From Mobula hypostoma (lineage: Eukaryota): DNA of 64,000 nucleotides. Below, piece by piece: positions 11,847-24,848 of this stretch; positions within the stretch are counted from its first letter, which is position 1; each line of letters opens with the position of its first letter. Under the pieces are notes generated by a model that saw only the letters and a list, made by a program, of their open reading frames with translations, was not told the DNA's origin and searched no databases. The translations under genes and the position numbers were made by a program. Location: NCBI RefSeq assembly GCF_963921235.1, contig NC_086108.1, positions 97,218,001 to 97,282,000 of the forward strand, read 5' to 3'.

Positions 11847-14800
11847 TGACATAGATAGGACAAAGGAGGAGGTCCTGAAGAGAGATTTCCAGGAGTTAGG
11901 AAGGAAGCTGAGAAGCAGGACCTCCAGGGTAGTAATCTCGGGATTGCTACCTGTGCCACGTGCTAGCGAGGACAAGAATAGTCGGATCAGGCAGATGAAT
12001 GCGTGGCTGAGAGACTGGTGCAGGGGGCAGGGCTTCAGACTCTTGGACCATTGGGATCTCTTCTGGGGGAAGTATGACCTGTTCAAAATGGACAGGTTAC
12101 ACCTGAACCCGAAGGGGACCAATATCCTGGCGGGAAGGTTTAATAGAGCTGTTAGGGAGGGTTTAAACTAATTTGGCAGGGGGATAGGAACCGGAATGAT
12201 AGAGCGGAGGAAGGGGAAAACAGAAATAAATCTAAGATATTGAGCGGTAAAGATGTCAGGAAAGACAGGCAGGTGATGGGGCAAATTTGTAGCCATTAGG
12301 ATGAGTTGCAATGCAATAAAGTTGCAGTGAAATCAAAGCGAAAGGTATCAAATACTGGTCTTAAGGTGTTGTACTTAAATGCATGCAGCATAAGGAATAA
12401 AGTGGATGACCTTGTCGTACAGCTACAGATTGGCAGGTATGATATTGTGGCCATCACTGAGACCTGGCTAAAGGATGCATGTCTCTGGGAGCTGAACGTC
12501 TAAGGATACACGGTGTATTGGAAGGATTGGAAGGTAGGCAGAGGGGGAGGCGTGGCTTTATTGGTAAGAAATGATATTAAATCATTAGAAAGAGGTGATA
12601 TAGGATCGGAAGGTGCAGAATCTTTATGGGTTGAGCTAAGAAATAACAGGGGTAAAAGGACCCTGATGGCAGTTAATTATAGGCCTCCAAACGGCTGCAG
12701 GGATGTGGACTACAAATTACAACTGGAAATAGAAAAGGCTTGTCAGAAGGGCAGTGTTATGATAATTGTGGGGGATTTTAATATGCGAGTAGATTGGGAA
12801 AATCAGGTCAGCACTGGATCTCAAGAGAGAGAATTTGTAGAATGTCTGCGAGATGACTTTTTAGAACAGCTTGTTGTTGAGCCCACTAGGGGATCGGCTG
12901 TACTGGATTGGGTATTGTGTAATGAACCGGAGGTGATTAGAGAGATTGAGGTGAAGGAACCCTTAGGAGGCAGTGATCATAACATGATTGGGTTCACTGT
13001 GAAATTAGAAAAAGAGAAGCCAAAATCTGATGTGTCGTAATTTCAGTGGAGTAAAGGAAATTACAGTGACATGAGAGAGGAACTGGCCAAAGTTGACTGG
13101 AAAGGGACACTGGCGGGAAAGACAGCAGAGCAGCAGTGGCTGGAGTTTATGCGAGAAATGAGGAAGGTGCAAGACAGGTATATTCCAAAGAAGAAGACAT
13201 TTTCGAGTGGAAAAAGGATGCAACCATGGTTGACAAGAGAAGTCAAAGCCAAATTTAAAGCAAAAGAGAGGGCATACAAGGAAGCAAAAATTAGTGGGAA
13301 GACAGAGGATTGGGAAATTTTTAAAACCTTACAAAAGAAAACCAAGAAGGTCATTAAGAGAGAAAAGATTAACTATGAAAGGAAGCTAGCAAATAATATC
13401 AAGGAGGATACTAAAAGCTTTTTCGAGTATATAAAGAGTAAAAGACAGGTGAGAGTAGATATAGGACTGATAGAAAATGATGCTGGAGAAATTGTAATGG
13501 GAGATAAGGAGATGGCAGAGGAACTGAACGAGTATTTTGCATCAGTCTTCACTGAGGAAGACATCAGCAGTATACCGAACACTCAAGGGTGGCAGGGAAG
13601 AGAAGTGTGCACAGTCACAATTACGACAGAGAAAGTACTCAGGAAGCTGAATAGTCTAAAGGTAGATAAATCTCCTTCACCAGATGGAATGCACCCTCGT
13701 GTTCTGAAGGAAGTAGCTGTGGAGATTGCGGAGGCATTAGCGATGATCTTTCAAAAGTCGATCGATTCTGGCATGGTTCCGGAGGACTGGAAGATTGCAA
13801 ATGTCACTCCGCTATTTAAGAAGGGGGCAAGGAAGCAAAAAGGAAATTATAGACCTGTTAGCTTGGCATCGGTGGTTGGGAAGTTGTTGGAGTCGATTGT
13901 CAAGGATGAGGTTAGAGTACCTGGAGGCATATGACAAGATAGGCAGAACTCAGCATGGATTCCTTAAAGGAAAATCCTGCCTGACAAACCTATTAAAATT
14001 TTTTGAGGAAATTACCAGTAGGCTAGACAAGGGAGATGCAGTGGATGTTGTATATTTGGATTTTCAGAAGGCCTTTGACAAGGTGCCACACATGAGGCTA
14101 CTTAACAAGATAAGAGCCCATGGAATTACGGGAAAGTTACATACGTGGATAGAGCGTTGGTTGATTGGCAGGAAACAGAGAGTGGGAATAAAGGGATCCT
14201 ATTCTGGTTGGCTGCCGGTTACCAGTGGTGTTCCACAGGGGTCAGTGTTGGGGCTGCTTCTTTTTACATTGTACATCAACGATTTGGATTATGGAATAGA
14301 TGGCTTTGTGGCTAAGTTTGCTGATGATACAAAGATAGGTGGAGGGGCCGGTAGTGCTGAGGAAATGGAGAGTCTGCAGATAGACTTGGATAGATTGGAA
14401 GAATGGGCAGAGAAGTGGCAAATGAAGTACAATGTTGGAAAGTGTATGGTTATGCACTTTGGCAGAAAAAATAAACGGGCAGACTATTATTCAAATGGGG
14501 AAAGAATTCAAAGTTCTGAGATGCAACGGTACTTGGGAGCCCTCGTACAGGATACCCTTAAAGTTAACCTCCAGGTTGAGTCAGTGGTGAAGAAGGCGAA
14601 TACAATGTTGGCATTCATTTCTAGAGGAATAGAGTATAGGAGCAGGGATGTGATGTTGAGGCTCTATAAGGCGCTGGTGAGACCTCACTTGGAGTACTGT
14701 GGGCAGTTTTGGTCTCCTTATTTAAGAAAGGATGTGCTGACGTTGGAGAGGGTACAGAGAAGATTCACTAGAATGATTCTGGGAATGAGAGGGTTAACAT

Positions 14801-15220
14801 ATGAGGAACGTTTGTCCGCTCTTGGACTGTATTCCTTGGAGTTTAGAAGAATGAAGGGAGACCTCATAGAAACATTTCGAATGTTGAAAGGCATGGACAG
14901 AGTGGATGTGGCAAAGTTGTTTCCCATGATGGGGGAGTCTAGTATGAGAGGGCATGACTTAAGGATTGAAGGGCGCCCATTCAGAACAGAAATGCCAAGA
15001 AATTTTTTTAGTCAGAGGGTGGTGAGTCTATGGAATTTGGTTGCCACGGGCAGCAGTGGAGGCCAAGTCATTGGGTGTATTTAAGGCAGAGATTGATAGG
15101 TATCTGAGTAGCCAGGGCATCAAAGGTTATGGTGAGAAGGCGGGGGAGTGGGACTAAATGGGAGAATGGATCAGCTCATGATAAAATGGCGGAGCAGATT
15201 CGATGGGCCAAATGGCCTAC
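11846..15220 (+). mobile_element. CR1-clade LINE, 5'-truncated in ORF1, ORF2 nearly intact
   Basis: ORF1 end DRLHLNPKG; endonuclease motifs LYLNACSI, IVAITETWL, IVGDFN, SDHN; RT motifs LDFQKAFD, GVPQGSVLG, FADD; 3' end gatgggccaaatggcct. Confidence 0.97.
12306..15150 (+). pseudogene. CR1 ORF2 (AP endonuclease + reverse transcriptase), disrupted
   Basis: ORF pieces 12306-12503, 12513-13040, 13071-13934, 13795-15084; stops at ~12501 and ~13038, frameshifts near 13912 and ~15040. Confidence 0.93.
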
Positions 15221-15329
15221 CTGAATATTATCATTAAGCAGTAACATGATGAAGATAGGCCGTGCCTATAAGCTGCAATAAAATTATTACACAACTTTCT
15301 AAAATTCTTTTATAAATTTTGAAGAGTTT

Positions 15330-16565
15330 TTACTGGCAAATGACCTCTTCCTCAATGTCAACAGGACAAAGGAGATGGTTATCGACTTCTAGAAAATTCG
15401 TACCACTCACACCCTCTTCGTATTGGCAGCACAGCGGAGGAAACAGTGAGCAGGTTCCAACTCCTGGGAGCCGAGTGCACATCTCACTCAACCTTTCATG
15501 GCGCCAAAGCACATTGTCCTCAGTCAAGAAAGCTCACCATCGCCTTTATGTTCTGAGGCAGCTGAAGAGAGCTGGTCTATGCACATGAATACTCACAACT
15601 TTTTTTTACAAACATGCAAAAGTTTATTCACTCACAAAACATTCAAAACTCAGGGGTTCACAAAACTGTTTTTACAATTTCAAATTAAAATACAATTACT
15701 ATTATAGACAAAACAGTCAAACCCTTGTGGGCCCACTGTTTTGGGAATTTCCCTACTGTGCTCTCAGAGACTGCATGCTTCTCCTCCAAGGACACTTCGA
15801 CTCAGCCGTAACCCTGGAAGAGGTGCAGGTATTGTTTCAGGCTGAGCCATTGACTGCCCCTGCCTGGACTGACGAATGGTCAGCCTGGCCAAGCCCAGGA
15901 GCTTCCGCATATGCGTGGTAGGGAGCATCCTAGCATACTGCATCACTGTGTGGAACGGAAGCTGCACTGTGGCAGACAGGAGGGCTCTACAACGGGTCGT
16001 TAAAACCCCTCAATGCATCTCCAGCAGCAGCCTACCTGCCATTAAGGACATACACACAGAAAGGTGCTGGTACATGAAGGATCTCACCCAACCTGCTCAT
16101 GGACTGTTTATCCCACTCCCATCAGGGAAGAGGCTACACAGCATCGATGCCTGGAGCACCAGACTCAAACGCTGTCATCTTGATCAGCACCTCCACCATT
16201 ATCCAACCCCAACACACCCCACAACCACCTCATACACATCACCTAACATCATTTTATGTACTGTGTATATTGTACAATCAGTCTATGCATTAATCAATTA
16301 CTTGTACATTGTATTTTATAGGATTGCTTTTATACTTGTAGTGTTTTTATAATATTCTTTATGCTTACTGTGTTTCATCATGCTGCATCGGATTGGGAGT
16401 GAACTTCCCAATTGAGTGATAACGTAAAGATTTTTAGTCCCTCACATTGTGGGATGGATGTAAGATTTAAATAAATTCAAATTCAAATTCAATAATCAAT
16501 TTGTTCTCTTTTACACTCACATACTGAAGAATAACAATACACAATCTTGAATCTTAAATCTTGAG
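15330..16565 (+). mobile_element. Decayed Rex1/Babar-like LINE 3' part with nested insertions
   Basis: KKAHHRLYVLRQLKRAG; SILAYCITVWNGSCTVADRRALQRVVK; tail (TCTTGAA)-like at ~16545. Confidence 0.8.
15600..15910 (-). mobile_element. Tx1/L1-like LINE 3' end with AATAAA and poly(A)
   Basis: Minus strand LLGLARLTIRQSRQ...VSLEEKHAVS resembles Tx1-type ORF2 C-termini; AATAAA at 15623-15628; A8 at 15600-15607. Confidence 0.7.
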
Positions 16566-17830
16566 GTTATTGAAGAAACTGTCTGTTAGTATTTTTGGTA
16601 GCTCACAAATCACAATTAGAAATGGCCAATGTAAATAATTTGATTTAATGTAATATTTGAATGGCAATACACATCAAATCAAAGTCCAGTTAGAAAAATA
16701 TATATTTTTTGAAAAGTGCTTTAATGCTTTTTTTTAAAGCACCTTTTCTTTTCGACAAGCCAAATGCCACGAACGTGATTAAAAATTTAGATATGAAAAT
16801 TCTCTGTGGATGTTTTTAAGAGTACACAAGTCTGTGTTATAGCTCGTGTACACATAAGGAATCAAAGGTGGTAGTGCCGTGCTAATGTACAAAGGCATAA
16901 GGTCATTGAATGGATGTGTGGATTTGTACACATGGTTTTGATTGAGGTAGACCGCTCTCTACACCACCAGAGCCACAAGAGATTTACACCGTCAAAGCTA
17001 GTGGGAAATCTTGTCATGAATTCCTCTGTAGAGAGCAGGGTAGGTCAGAGTTTGCTGGGTGAAGGGGAAGTGGGGGTGGGGAGAGATGAGAGATAACATC
17101 TCATTATACTTTGGAAGAGGCTGATTGGGATCTGACTCAGAATTATGCCGTCACTTTTGCATTTTTTGCATTATAACTGCACCTTTGTGATTCTCCTGGT
17201 TTCTAAATGATACTGTCACTGTACAAAGATTGCTGATAGCGAGCAGCCTACAGCGTCAGATGCAATATTAAGCACTTTGCTGTGGGATTTCATTTTTTAT
17301 TTAGTCAGTGAGGAACATTTACTTGCTGCTGACTTTCCTAGTTGGTAAAAAATATTTTGCTATATATGTATTACAATTTAATGACACACTTTAAAACTTT
17401 GGAATAATATAATGTGCAGCAAAAAAAAAACATATGCACAGGAGATATATTCTACCAGGCAGAAAAATCAACCACATTAGCAGATTTGCTCAGAAAATAT
17501 CCAAAATACATCCAACAAGTCAACCTAATAAGCAACAACAACAGATTTTCTGAATAAATATTTGCAAGCACATCCAAAGGCACATCACTCACTAATATCA
17601 GCAGATTCTGCGCTACAAACATATGGGAGGCAGTGAGAACTTCACTGGTGTGTTTGCTTCAGTTTTAGATTAGTGGAGAATATTTGACACACACCAATGG
17701 TCGAGATGGGGTCGAGCCATCTGTATTTCTTCTGGAGTGGAAGGCTCTGGGACTGTTACATAAAATGTGTGGACAGCAATTGCAAACAAGCATTCATTCT
17801 TTGCCTGCGTGCTCTATCGGCATTCTGGGG

Positions 17831-18272
17831 CAGTTGCCACTTTATTAGAAACTTCCTGTACCACTTAAAATGGCTGCTGAGTGTATGTTGTAAAGTGTGG
17901 TTATTTGAGTTACTGTCACATTTCTGTCAGCTTGAACCCATCTGGCCTTTGACCTTTGTCATTAACAAAGCATTTTCACCCGCAGAACTGTCACTCACTG
18001 GATATTTTTAGTTTTTCACACTATTCTCTGCAACCCTATCAGCTGTTTCTGAGATACTCAAACCACCCCATCTGGCACCAACAATCATTCCACGGTCATA
18101 GTTACTTATTTCACATTTCTTCCTCATTCCTGATTGGTCTGAACAACAACTGAACCTTTTGACCATTTCTGCATGCTTTTATGCATTGAGTTGCTGCTGC
18201 GTGATTGGCTGATTAGATATTTACATTAATGTGTAGGTGTACAGTGTACCTGCTAAAATGGTCACGGAATGG
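17831..18272 (-). mobile_element. Internally deleted Tc1-like transposon
   Basis: Ends resemble cagtggccactttattag TIR; interior is the reverse complement of the transposase 5' region at 30600-30950. Confidence 0.78.
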
Positions 18273-18444
18273 GTTATACAGGCAAGGTAGGATCCTGATG
18301 GCCCTGTTGAGCCTGTTCTTGTTTTACTCTGGCTATCAATGCACAATGCATGATAATCCTCCCCCTCAGATTCCTTTCTAGAGTCCATCCTGTGTTAGTA
18401 GTACTAGTATGATTACTTGGGTTGAGTGTGATATTCTCCCAAGA

Positions 18445-18523
18445 CAGGGGTTCCCAAAGTCAGGTCCACAGACCCCTTGGTTCATGGTAGGGGTCCATGG
18501 CATAAAAAGTTTGGGAACCCATG
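18445..18523. mobile_element. Tiny hAT-Charlie-like MITE
   Basis: TIR caggggttcccaa / ttgggaacccatg; same family as 33857-33922. Confidence 0.72.
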
Positions 18524-18559
18524 TCCTAATGAATTATTAGCTTAATGAACTATGCCTGT

Positions 18560-18865
18560 GCATGACTTTGTTTAATGTGGGGAGGCTGATGCATAGTCTG
18601 CTACCAAACGTTACCTGACAGATCAGGGTCAGGGTCCAGTGGCGTGGAATGAAAAATGACTGGGGACCCTTCACTGTTGTTGTGATGTTTCATCATCTTC
18701 CACTAGCTCCATTGTTGAAGTCTTGGTTGGATCGCTCTTTGTCTGGAACCTGCCCCTTGACCTTACTGCCATGGGCAACTGTATCAGGATCCAAGTTTCA
18801 GATGGCATCACTCTCGGGATCTCAGGACCTCAACCCTCTGCACTATGACATGGTAACGATGCTTG
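18560..18865 (-). mobile_element. RTE 5'-UTR-like non-autonomous fragment
   Basis: Reverse-complement similarity to 62135-62420 (ggtaaggtcaaggggcaggttccagac). Confidence 0.55.
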
Positions 18866-20269
18866 GAGAATATCCTGTGGTACTAGTCTCTTAGCAGTCC
18901 TGTTCATTCCACCTGTTGTTACCTCCTTGAATTGTACTGCAGTATGATAGGGTCCTAACATCGTACAATGGAGGAGAAGGTCCTTCAGCCAAACTCATCC
19001 ATGCCAGTTAATTTGTCTACATGATCTACCCCTACTTGTCTGCATTTGACCCATATTCCTCAAACCTTTCTATTTATTTATCTGTCCAAATATCTTCTAA
19101 ATGTTGTGATTTCATCCACATCTATTGCTGCCTCTAGCAGCTCATTCCATATACCCATCTCCATCTCTGTGGTAAAAGTTGCCCCTCAGGTCCCCTTTAA
19201 CATTTTCTCCGCTCTCCTTAAACCTATGCCACCTAGTTTTGTACTCCTCTATCTTGGGGAAAAGACTGTAACCATTCACCTTCTCTATGTCCCTCATGAT
19301 TTTATATATTTCTATAAGGTCACTCCCTCAGCCTTCTATGCACCTGGGAAAACAGTCCCAGCTTGTCTAGTCTCTCATAACTTAAGCCTTCTGATTTTAT
19401 TTATTGGGATACATCCTGGCGTAAGTCCTTCAAGCCCTTCGAGCTGCTCTGCCCCGCAATCCCCGATTTAACCCGAGCCTAATCAATGTACAATGACCAA
19501 TTAACCCACCAGCCAGTACAGCTTTGGACTGTGGAAGGAAACTGGAGCACATCGAGGAAATTCTGGTTACATTCTTGTGAATCTTTTCTGCACTTTTCTC
19601 AGCTTAATTTCAGCCTTCCTACAGCTGGACAACTGGAAACATGATAGGCTCTGCAGATGTTGGAGATCTTGAATCACACACACAAAATGCTGGAAGAACT
19701 CAGCAAGTCAGGCAGCATCTATGGAGGGGAATAAATAGTTGATGTTTTTGCCCAAAACTTTGTGGTACTTTTCTCTGAATGTAACCATATTGCACTTGAA
19801 AGAGTCTGAAACAGGAACTCACCTTGATGAGGACAATATTTGCATAAAACTCCTCTTATTAATAGATCTGCTGCTATTTTTACCGCTTAGAAGCAAAATA
19901 CAAAATTCAGGATGATTTGAAAGCACTGATAAATTTTAAACATGCATTTCAACCTTGATAAAACGGCTTTCAAGTGTCAGATTGCCTAGGTTGGCAACGT
20001 TATTGCTTCTGAGTGAGAGGTTGTAAAGTCAAGTTGTACTTGAGACCATAATGTAGACTGACATATCAGCCACTACAATACTCACCGCTGCTTGGTTGGA
20101 TGGGTCATCTAGATGAGAAGCTGACTGCCTGTTCGGGTGGTTTACATATAGTAGGTGTTAACCACAATGCTTGAGGTTAATTAATGTGCTAATTAATTAA
20201 AATAATTAATTGTGGTTAATTAACAACCCACAATTTCATTCTGTTAAGAAAAATCGAAGGGGTCTTATA

Positions 20270-20525
20270 GACCTTAGCCATCGGAATTGAGCTTTCCAGC
20301 CCATCTCCCCAATTGGGGCAGAGGACACTGACAGCAGCTTGCCAAAATTCTCTAATCTTGGCCAGTCTTTCAACTTGTTCCCGGGGTAGCCTATCTTCTT
20401 AGATCCTGCCTCTCCCAGGGATGAGGTCTCTGGAGCTTCTGTTGGCATTTCCGTAGCTCTGGGTTTTTATGGGCTCAAACCCTTCTCCCTTCGAAGCCGG
20501 GCATGGCACCGTCCAAAGCGGAGTT
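20270..20525 (-). mobile_element. RTE-related non-autonomous fragment
   Basis: Short peptide WPRLENFGKLLSVSSAP resembles RTE 3' end; shares gacagcagcttgcca with 56785-56800. Confidence 0.5.
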
Positions 20526-21429
20526 AAAAGCCAAATATACTGTAGGTACTGGAAATCTGAAATAAAAACTGTCAGGCAGCATCTACGACAAGAGAAATGG
20601 CCAGATTCTAAGCCTCTGCCTCCGTGTTTGAAGGCCAACATGGACAAGGGTAGGTGTCTGCCCCTCGACCCATCCCCCCAATGCCAAATCTTGGCAAACT
20701 TCTAAGAAAGTAGAGGTTCTGCTGAGCTTTATTTGTAAAACACTTACACGCTGGACCCAAGATGGATCCTCTGAAACAGTAAGACCGAGGAATCTGAAGT
20801 TGTTATAACACTGAGGAATTTAAAGTTGTTTTGATTGTATGTAGATGGGGAAATAAGCACAGCTAAGAGATTGGGAAACAATAACGTTCACAAGTTGGGT
20901 CAAAGGGCTTGTCACTGCACAGTACTGTATTTGACAATGTGGAGTGGAGAGCGAGTGTCTAATTCTGACGTGAGCAAAGGATGCTGGGAATGGTGAGGAT
21001 GGAGTGCCCTGGGAGGGGTGTGGGACTGGCATCAGAGAAAGAGTGCCAGGGTGGGGTGTGGCGTGGGTGCAGACCCACCCAGCCCTGATACACTAGCCAA
21101 GGTCAATTGGACTCTATTGACCTCAACTCACCTATATTCTTCACCCAATTGTTATAGAGGAAACTTTCCCGGGAAACCACTAGCCTAGTGATTATGCCAC
21201 AGATCTCCACTTCCATGTGTGTGCTACAATATCATTTGAACAGAAAACCTTCCAGTAAAGAAAATAGTGGATTTAATGCATTGATACTGTTGAGTGATGC
21301 TCAACAGTAGTCAATGAATGTCTTAATCAATCATGTAACCACTGGTGCTGAAGGAGATCTTCATAGCCCAGGCAAAACCAGCTTTACTGATACTTAAAGG
21401 CGTCTTTGTGTCCTTGTGCATGAGTTATT

Positions 21430-21945
21430 GAAAGCTAATATGTGGCTGCAGCTGCTATTTGTGAAGACAAATGCTACGCTAGCTTTTATTGCTAGAGGAC
21501 TTGAATACAAAGGTTCAAAGGTTCATTTTATTATCGAAGGATGTACACAGAATACAACTCTGAGATTCGTCTTCTCCAGATAGCCAGAAAATGCAGAAAA
21601 ACCATGGAAGTCGTTGAGGCCCCCCTCCCATATGAAAAGGAAAATGAAACCAAACTCGCAAACTCCAACCCCCAACCTCACTCTCACACAAACACTAACA
21701 GATTACCCACCAGGACATGGCAGCTAAAAACAATCAAGCGATGTCTAACTGCAAGCGCTGTATATTGAGCCTTGGTGGGATCACACGTGGAGTACAGTGT
21801 ATGGTTTTGATCTCTTTGTCTTATGGAAGATAGGCTTACTGTAGCAGGAACAGAGGTTTACCAGACTGGCTCCTGGGATGGCTCTTCTGTCAAGTGAGGA
21901 AAGGTTGTGATTTTCATTTTCTCTTGTTTAGAAGAATGCAAGGTG
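21430..21945 (+). mobile_element. Decayed CR1 RT C-terminal fragment split by an unrelated LINE tail
   Basis: gcaaatgc...agaggacttgaatacaa and gccttggtgggatcacacgtggagtac match CR1; insert ~21510-21745. Confidence 0.6.
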
Positions 21946-22304
21946 TTTCAGAGTCAGAATTAGAATCAGAATCATGTTTAATATCACCGGCATATGTCAT
22001 GAAATCTGTTAACTTTGCAGCGCAGTGCAATGCAGACTAAATACAGGAAACAAATGAATTACAGTAAGTATATTAAATAGTGACATACTGTAGAAATGAA
22101 CAAATCAGGTTCATTAGTGCAGATGCAGGAGGGGTGTTTTCTTCTAGTGAAAGAGTGTAAAACAAAGGTTCACTTTGAATGTTAGGGGCAAGATATTTGC
22201 AGTTAAAGTGAGGAGGCATTTCTTCACAGAGAAGGTGGTAAATCTTTGTAATTTTCTGCTCCAATGGTCTGAGGAGATGTTCCCTTTCATGTCACACAAT
22301 TCTG

Positions 22305-22975
22305 AACGAGAATCAGGATCTGGATCAGGTTAATATCGCTGATACGTTGTACTGTATTTAGTAAATTTGTTTTGCGGCAGAAGTACAGGTCAAGACATAA
22401 AAAATTAGAGTTGGTTACAATAAAAAAGAGGAAAAGTGAGGTGGTGAGGTTCATCGACAGTTCGGAAGTCTGATGGTGCAGGGGACGAAGTACCCTTTCC
22501 ACTGGTGACCCCTCAACGAGGACTGGTGTGTGCTCTCCCCACTTCTCCTTTCTGGTCCACAATCAGTTCTCCAGTCTTGCTGATGTTGAGTACGAGATTG
22601 TTGTGACACCACTCAACTAGTCGACCTATCTTGCTCCTGTACAACTCCTTGTTACCATCAGAGATTCTGCCAGCAACAGTCGAGTCATCGGCTAATTTAT
22701 AGATGCCATGTGAGCTATACCTGGCTACGCAGTCGTGGGTGTAGAGAAAGTAGAGCAGTGGGCCAGACAGACATCCTTGAGGTGTGCCTGTGTTGATTGT
22801 CAGCGAGGAGATGTTATTTTCAATCGCATTGACTGTGGTCTCCCGCAGAGAAAGTCAAGGATCCAGTTGAAGAAGGATGTACAGAGGCCCAGGTTTTGAA
22901 GCTTGTTAATTAATGCTGAGAGGATGATGGTGTTGAATGCAAAATTGTGATTGATAAACGGCAGTCTGACATTGT
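22305..22975 (-). mobile_element. Decayed Rex1/Babar-like RT fragment
   Basis: [39 protein letters not shown]. Confidence 0.82.
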
Positions 22976-22999
22976 TTTTGTTTTGCAATGTATGGACAC

Positions 23000-23590
23000 C
23001 AGTCCCCTAATGTTGTTATAGCCGGGGTGGCAATGGAGGCAAGCTCCCACTACCTACTAAATGCTCCCAAAGGTGTGTGTCTCAAATAACCTCTGACAAC
23101 CAAGTCCTGCTCCCGGCCTTCACTTGTCGCTTATCTACTAAACCCGGTGAAATCATTTTTACTGACAAAGGAAGGGGCAATGGCGGGTTACTGGCACCTT
23201 AAAACCTGTCGCTTCGGTCAGATGGTGCTCATTGGCTGTGGTTGGCAGCTCGTCAAGGAGAAGGAAAACTCTGACCTCAAAACCTCCGCAGCCTTGCGGC
23301 TATACCCACTCATGGGGAAGGCTATGAGAGTAAACCCTGAGGGAAAAATCCAACGCTGGAGTCCATAATGTAGTCCTACATTGAGTTCAGTGCTGACTGG
23401 CACATCCTGCGATGTCGCTGGTGCCAAACTCTGTTGGTCTCTGCTGTTCCATTGAACAGCTGCGTGGAGAGGGGGTGCCTGCTTCCTAGGCAACAGCTTG
23501 CTCTTTATATCGTACTGCCATGGCTTGCCTGCTGACTTGTGCATCACTGTACAGCTAGGACACAATATCAATGGTCAACTCTGACTAGCA
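23000..23590 (+). mobile_element. RTE 5'-UTR-like non-autonomous element with decayed HDV-like fold
   Basis: aaggaaaactctgacctcaaaacctccgc motif typical of RTE 5' regions; partial P1/P3/L3/J4-2 order at 23021-23172. Confidence 0.55.
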
Positions 23591-23771
23591 GAGGGCTTCA
23601 GAATATGGACAACAAAAAAATTGTGCAGCATCCAGAAAGCAGCTGGGATATGAACATGACAAAACTTGTTCCATGAGGTTAAATTTCCACTGAAGTTCTC
23701 ACCATCCTTGACGACCGGTGAAGATGTACAGAAAGCCAGAACACATGAGGAATATAGATACGGCAAATGCA

Positions 23772-23960
23772 TGCAACACAAATAAAATGCTGGAGGAACT
23801 CAACAGGCCGGGCAGCATCTAGGAAAAGAGTATAGTCGATGTTTCATGCCAAAATGTCGACTGTACTCTTTTCTTAGAAGCTGCTTGGCCTGCTGAGTTC
23901 CTGCAACATTTTGTGTGCGTTGCTTAGAGTTCCAGCATCTGCAGATTTTCTCTTGTTTGT
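23772..23960. mobile_element. Inverted pair of Penelope pseudo-LTR ends (fold-back)
   Basis: ~70-bp arms aaaatgctggaggaactc...tagtcgatgtttc and aaaatgtcgact...gagttcctgcaacatttt. Confidence 0.85.
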
Positions 23961-24056
23961 GACAGGGTAAACGCTTGCAGGCTTTTTCCACTGGGGTTGG
24001 GTGGGACAACAACTAGAGGTTATAGGTTAGGGGCGAAAGGTGGAATGATTGATAAT

Positions 24057-24848
24057 GATTGGGAAATGCATGATAATGCACTTTGGTGAAAGGAACAATT
24101 GTGCGGACTATTATCTAAATGGGGAGAAGGCTCAAACATCAGAGGAGCAGAGGGACTTAGGAGTCCTTGTGCAAGACTCCCAGAAGGTTAATTTACAGGT
24201 TGAGTCTGTGGTATAGAAGACAAGTGCAATATTGACATTTATTTCAATGGGAATAGAATATAAAAGCAAGGAGATAATGCTGAGTCTTTATAAGACACTA
24301 GTTAGGCCACACTTGGAATATTGTCGACAGTTTTGGGCCCCATATCTCAGAAAAGATATTGGAGAGAGTCCAGAGGAGGATCATGAGGATGATTCTGGGA
24401 ATGAAGTGGTTAACATATGAGGAGGATTTGGCAGATTTGGGCCTGTACTCACTGGAATTTAGAAGAATGCTGGGGGATCTCATTGAAACCTACTGACTGT
24501 TGAAAGGACTGGATAAGGTAGATGGAGAGAGGATGTTCCCACTGTTGAGGGTATCCAGAACTAGAGGGCACAGCCTCAAAATTGAGGGGCAACCTTTTAG
24601 AACAGAAGTAAGCAGGAATTATTTTTAGCCAAAGAGTGGTGAATCTGTGGAATGCTCTGCCACGGACTGCGGTGGAGGCCAAGTCCGTGGGTATATTTAA
24701 AGCAGAAGTTGATATTTTCTGATTGGTCAGGGCATCAAGGGCTATGGTGAGAGGGCAGGTGTTTGGGGTTGAATGGGATCCAGGATCAGCATGATGAAAT
24801 GGTGGAGCGGACTTGATGGGCTGAATAGCCTAATTCTGCTGCTATGGA
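24057..24848 (+). mobile_element. CR1 3' fragment
   Basis: GIEYKSKEIMLSLYKTLVRPHLEYCRQFWAPYLRKD; 3' UTR gatgggctgaatagcctaattctgct. Confidence 0.9.
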
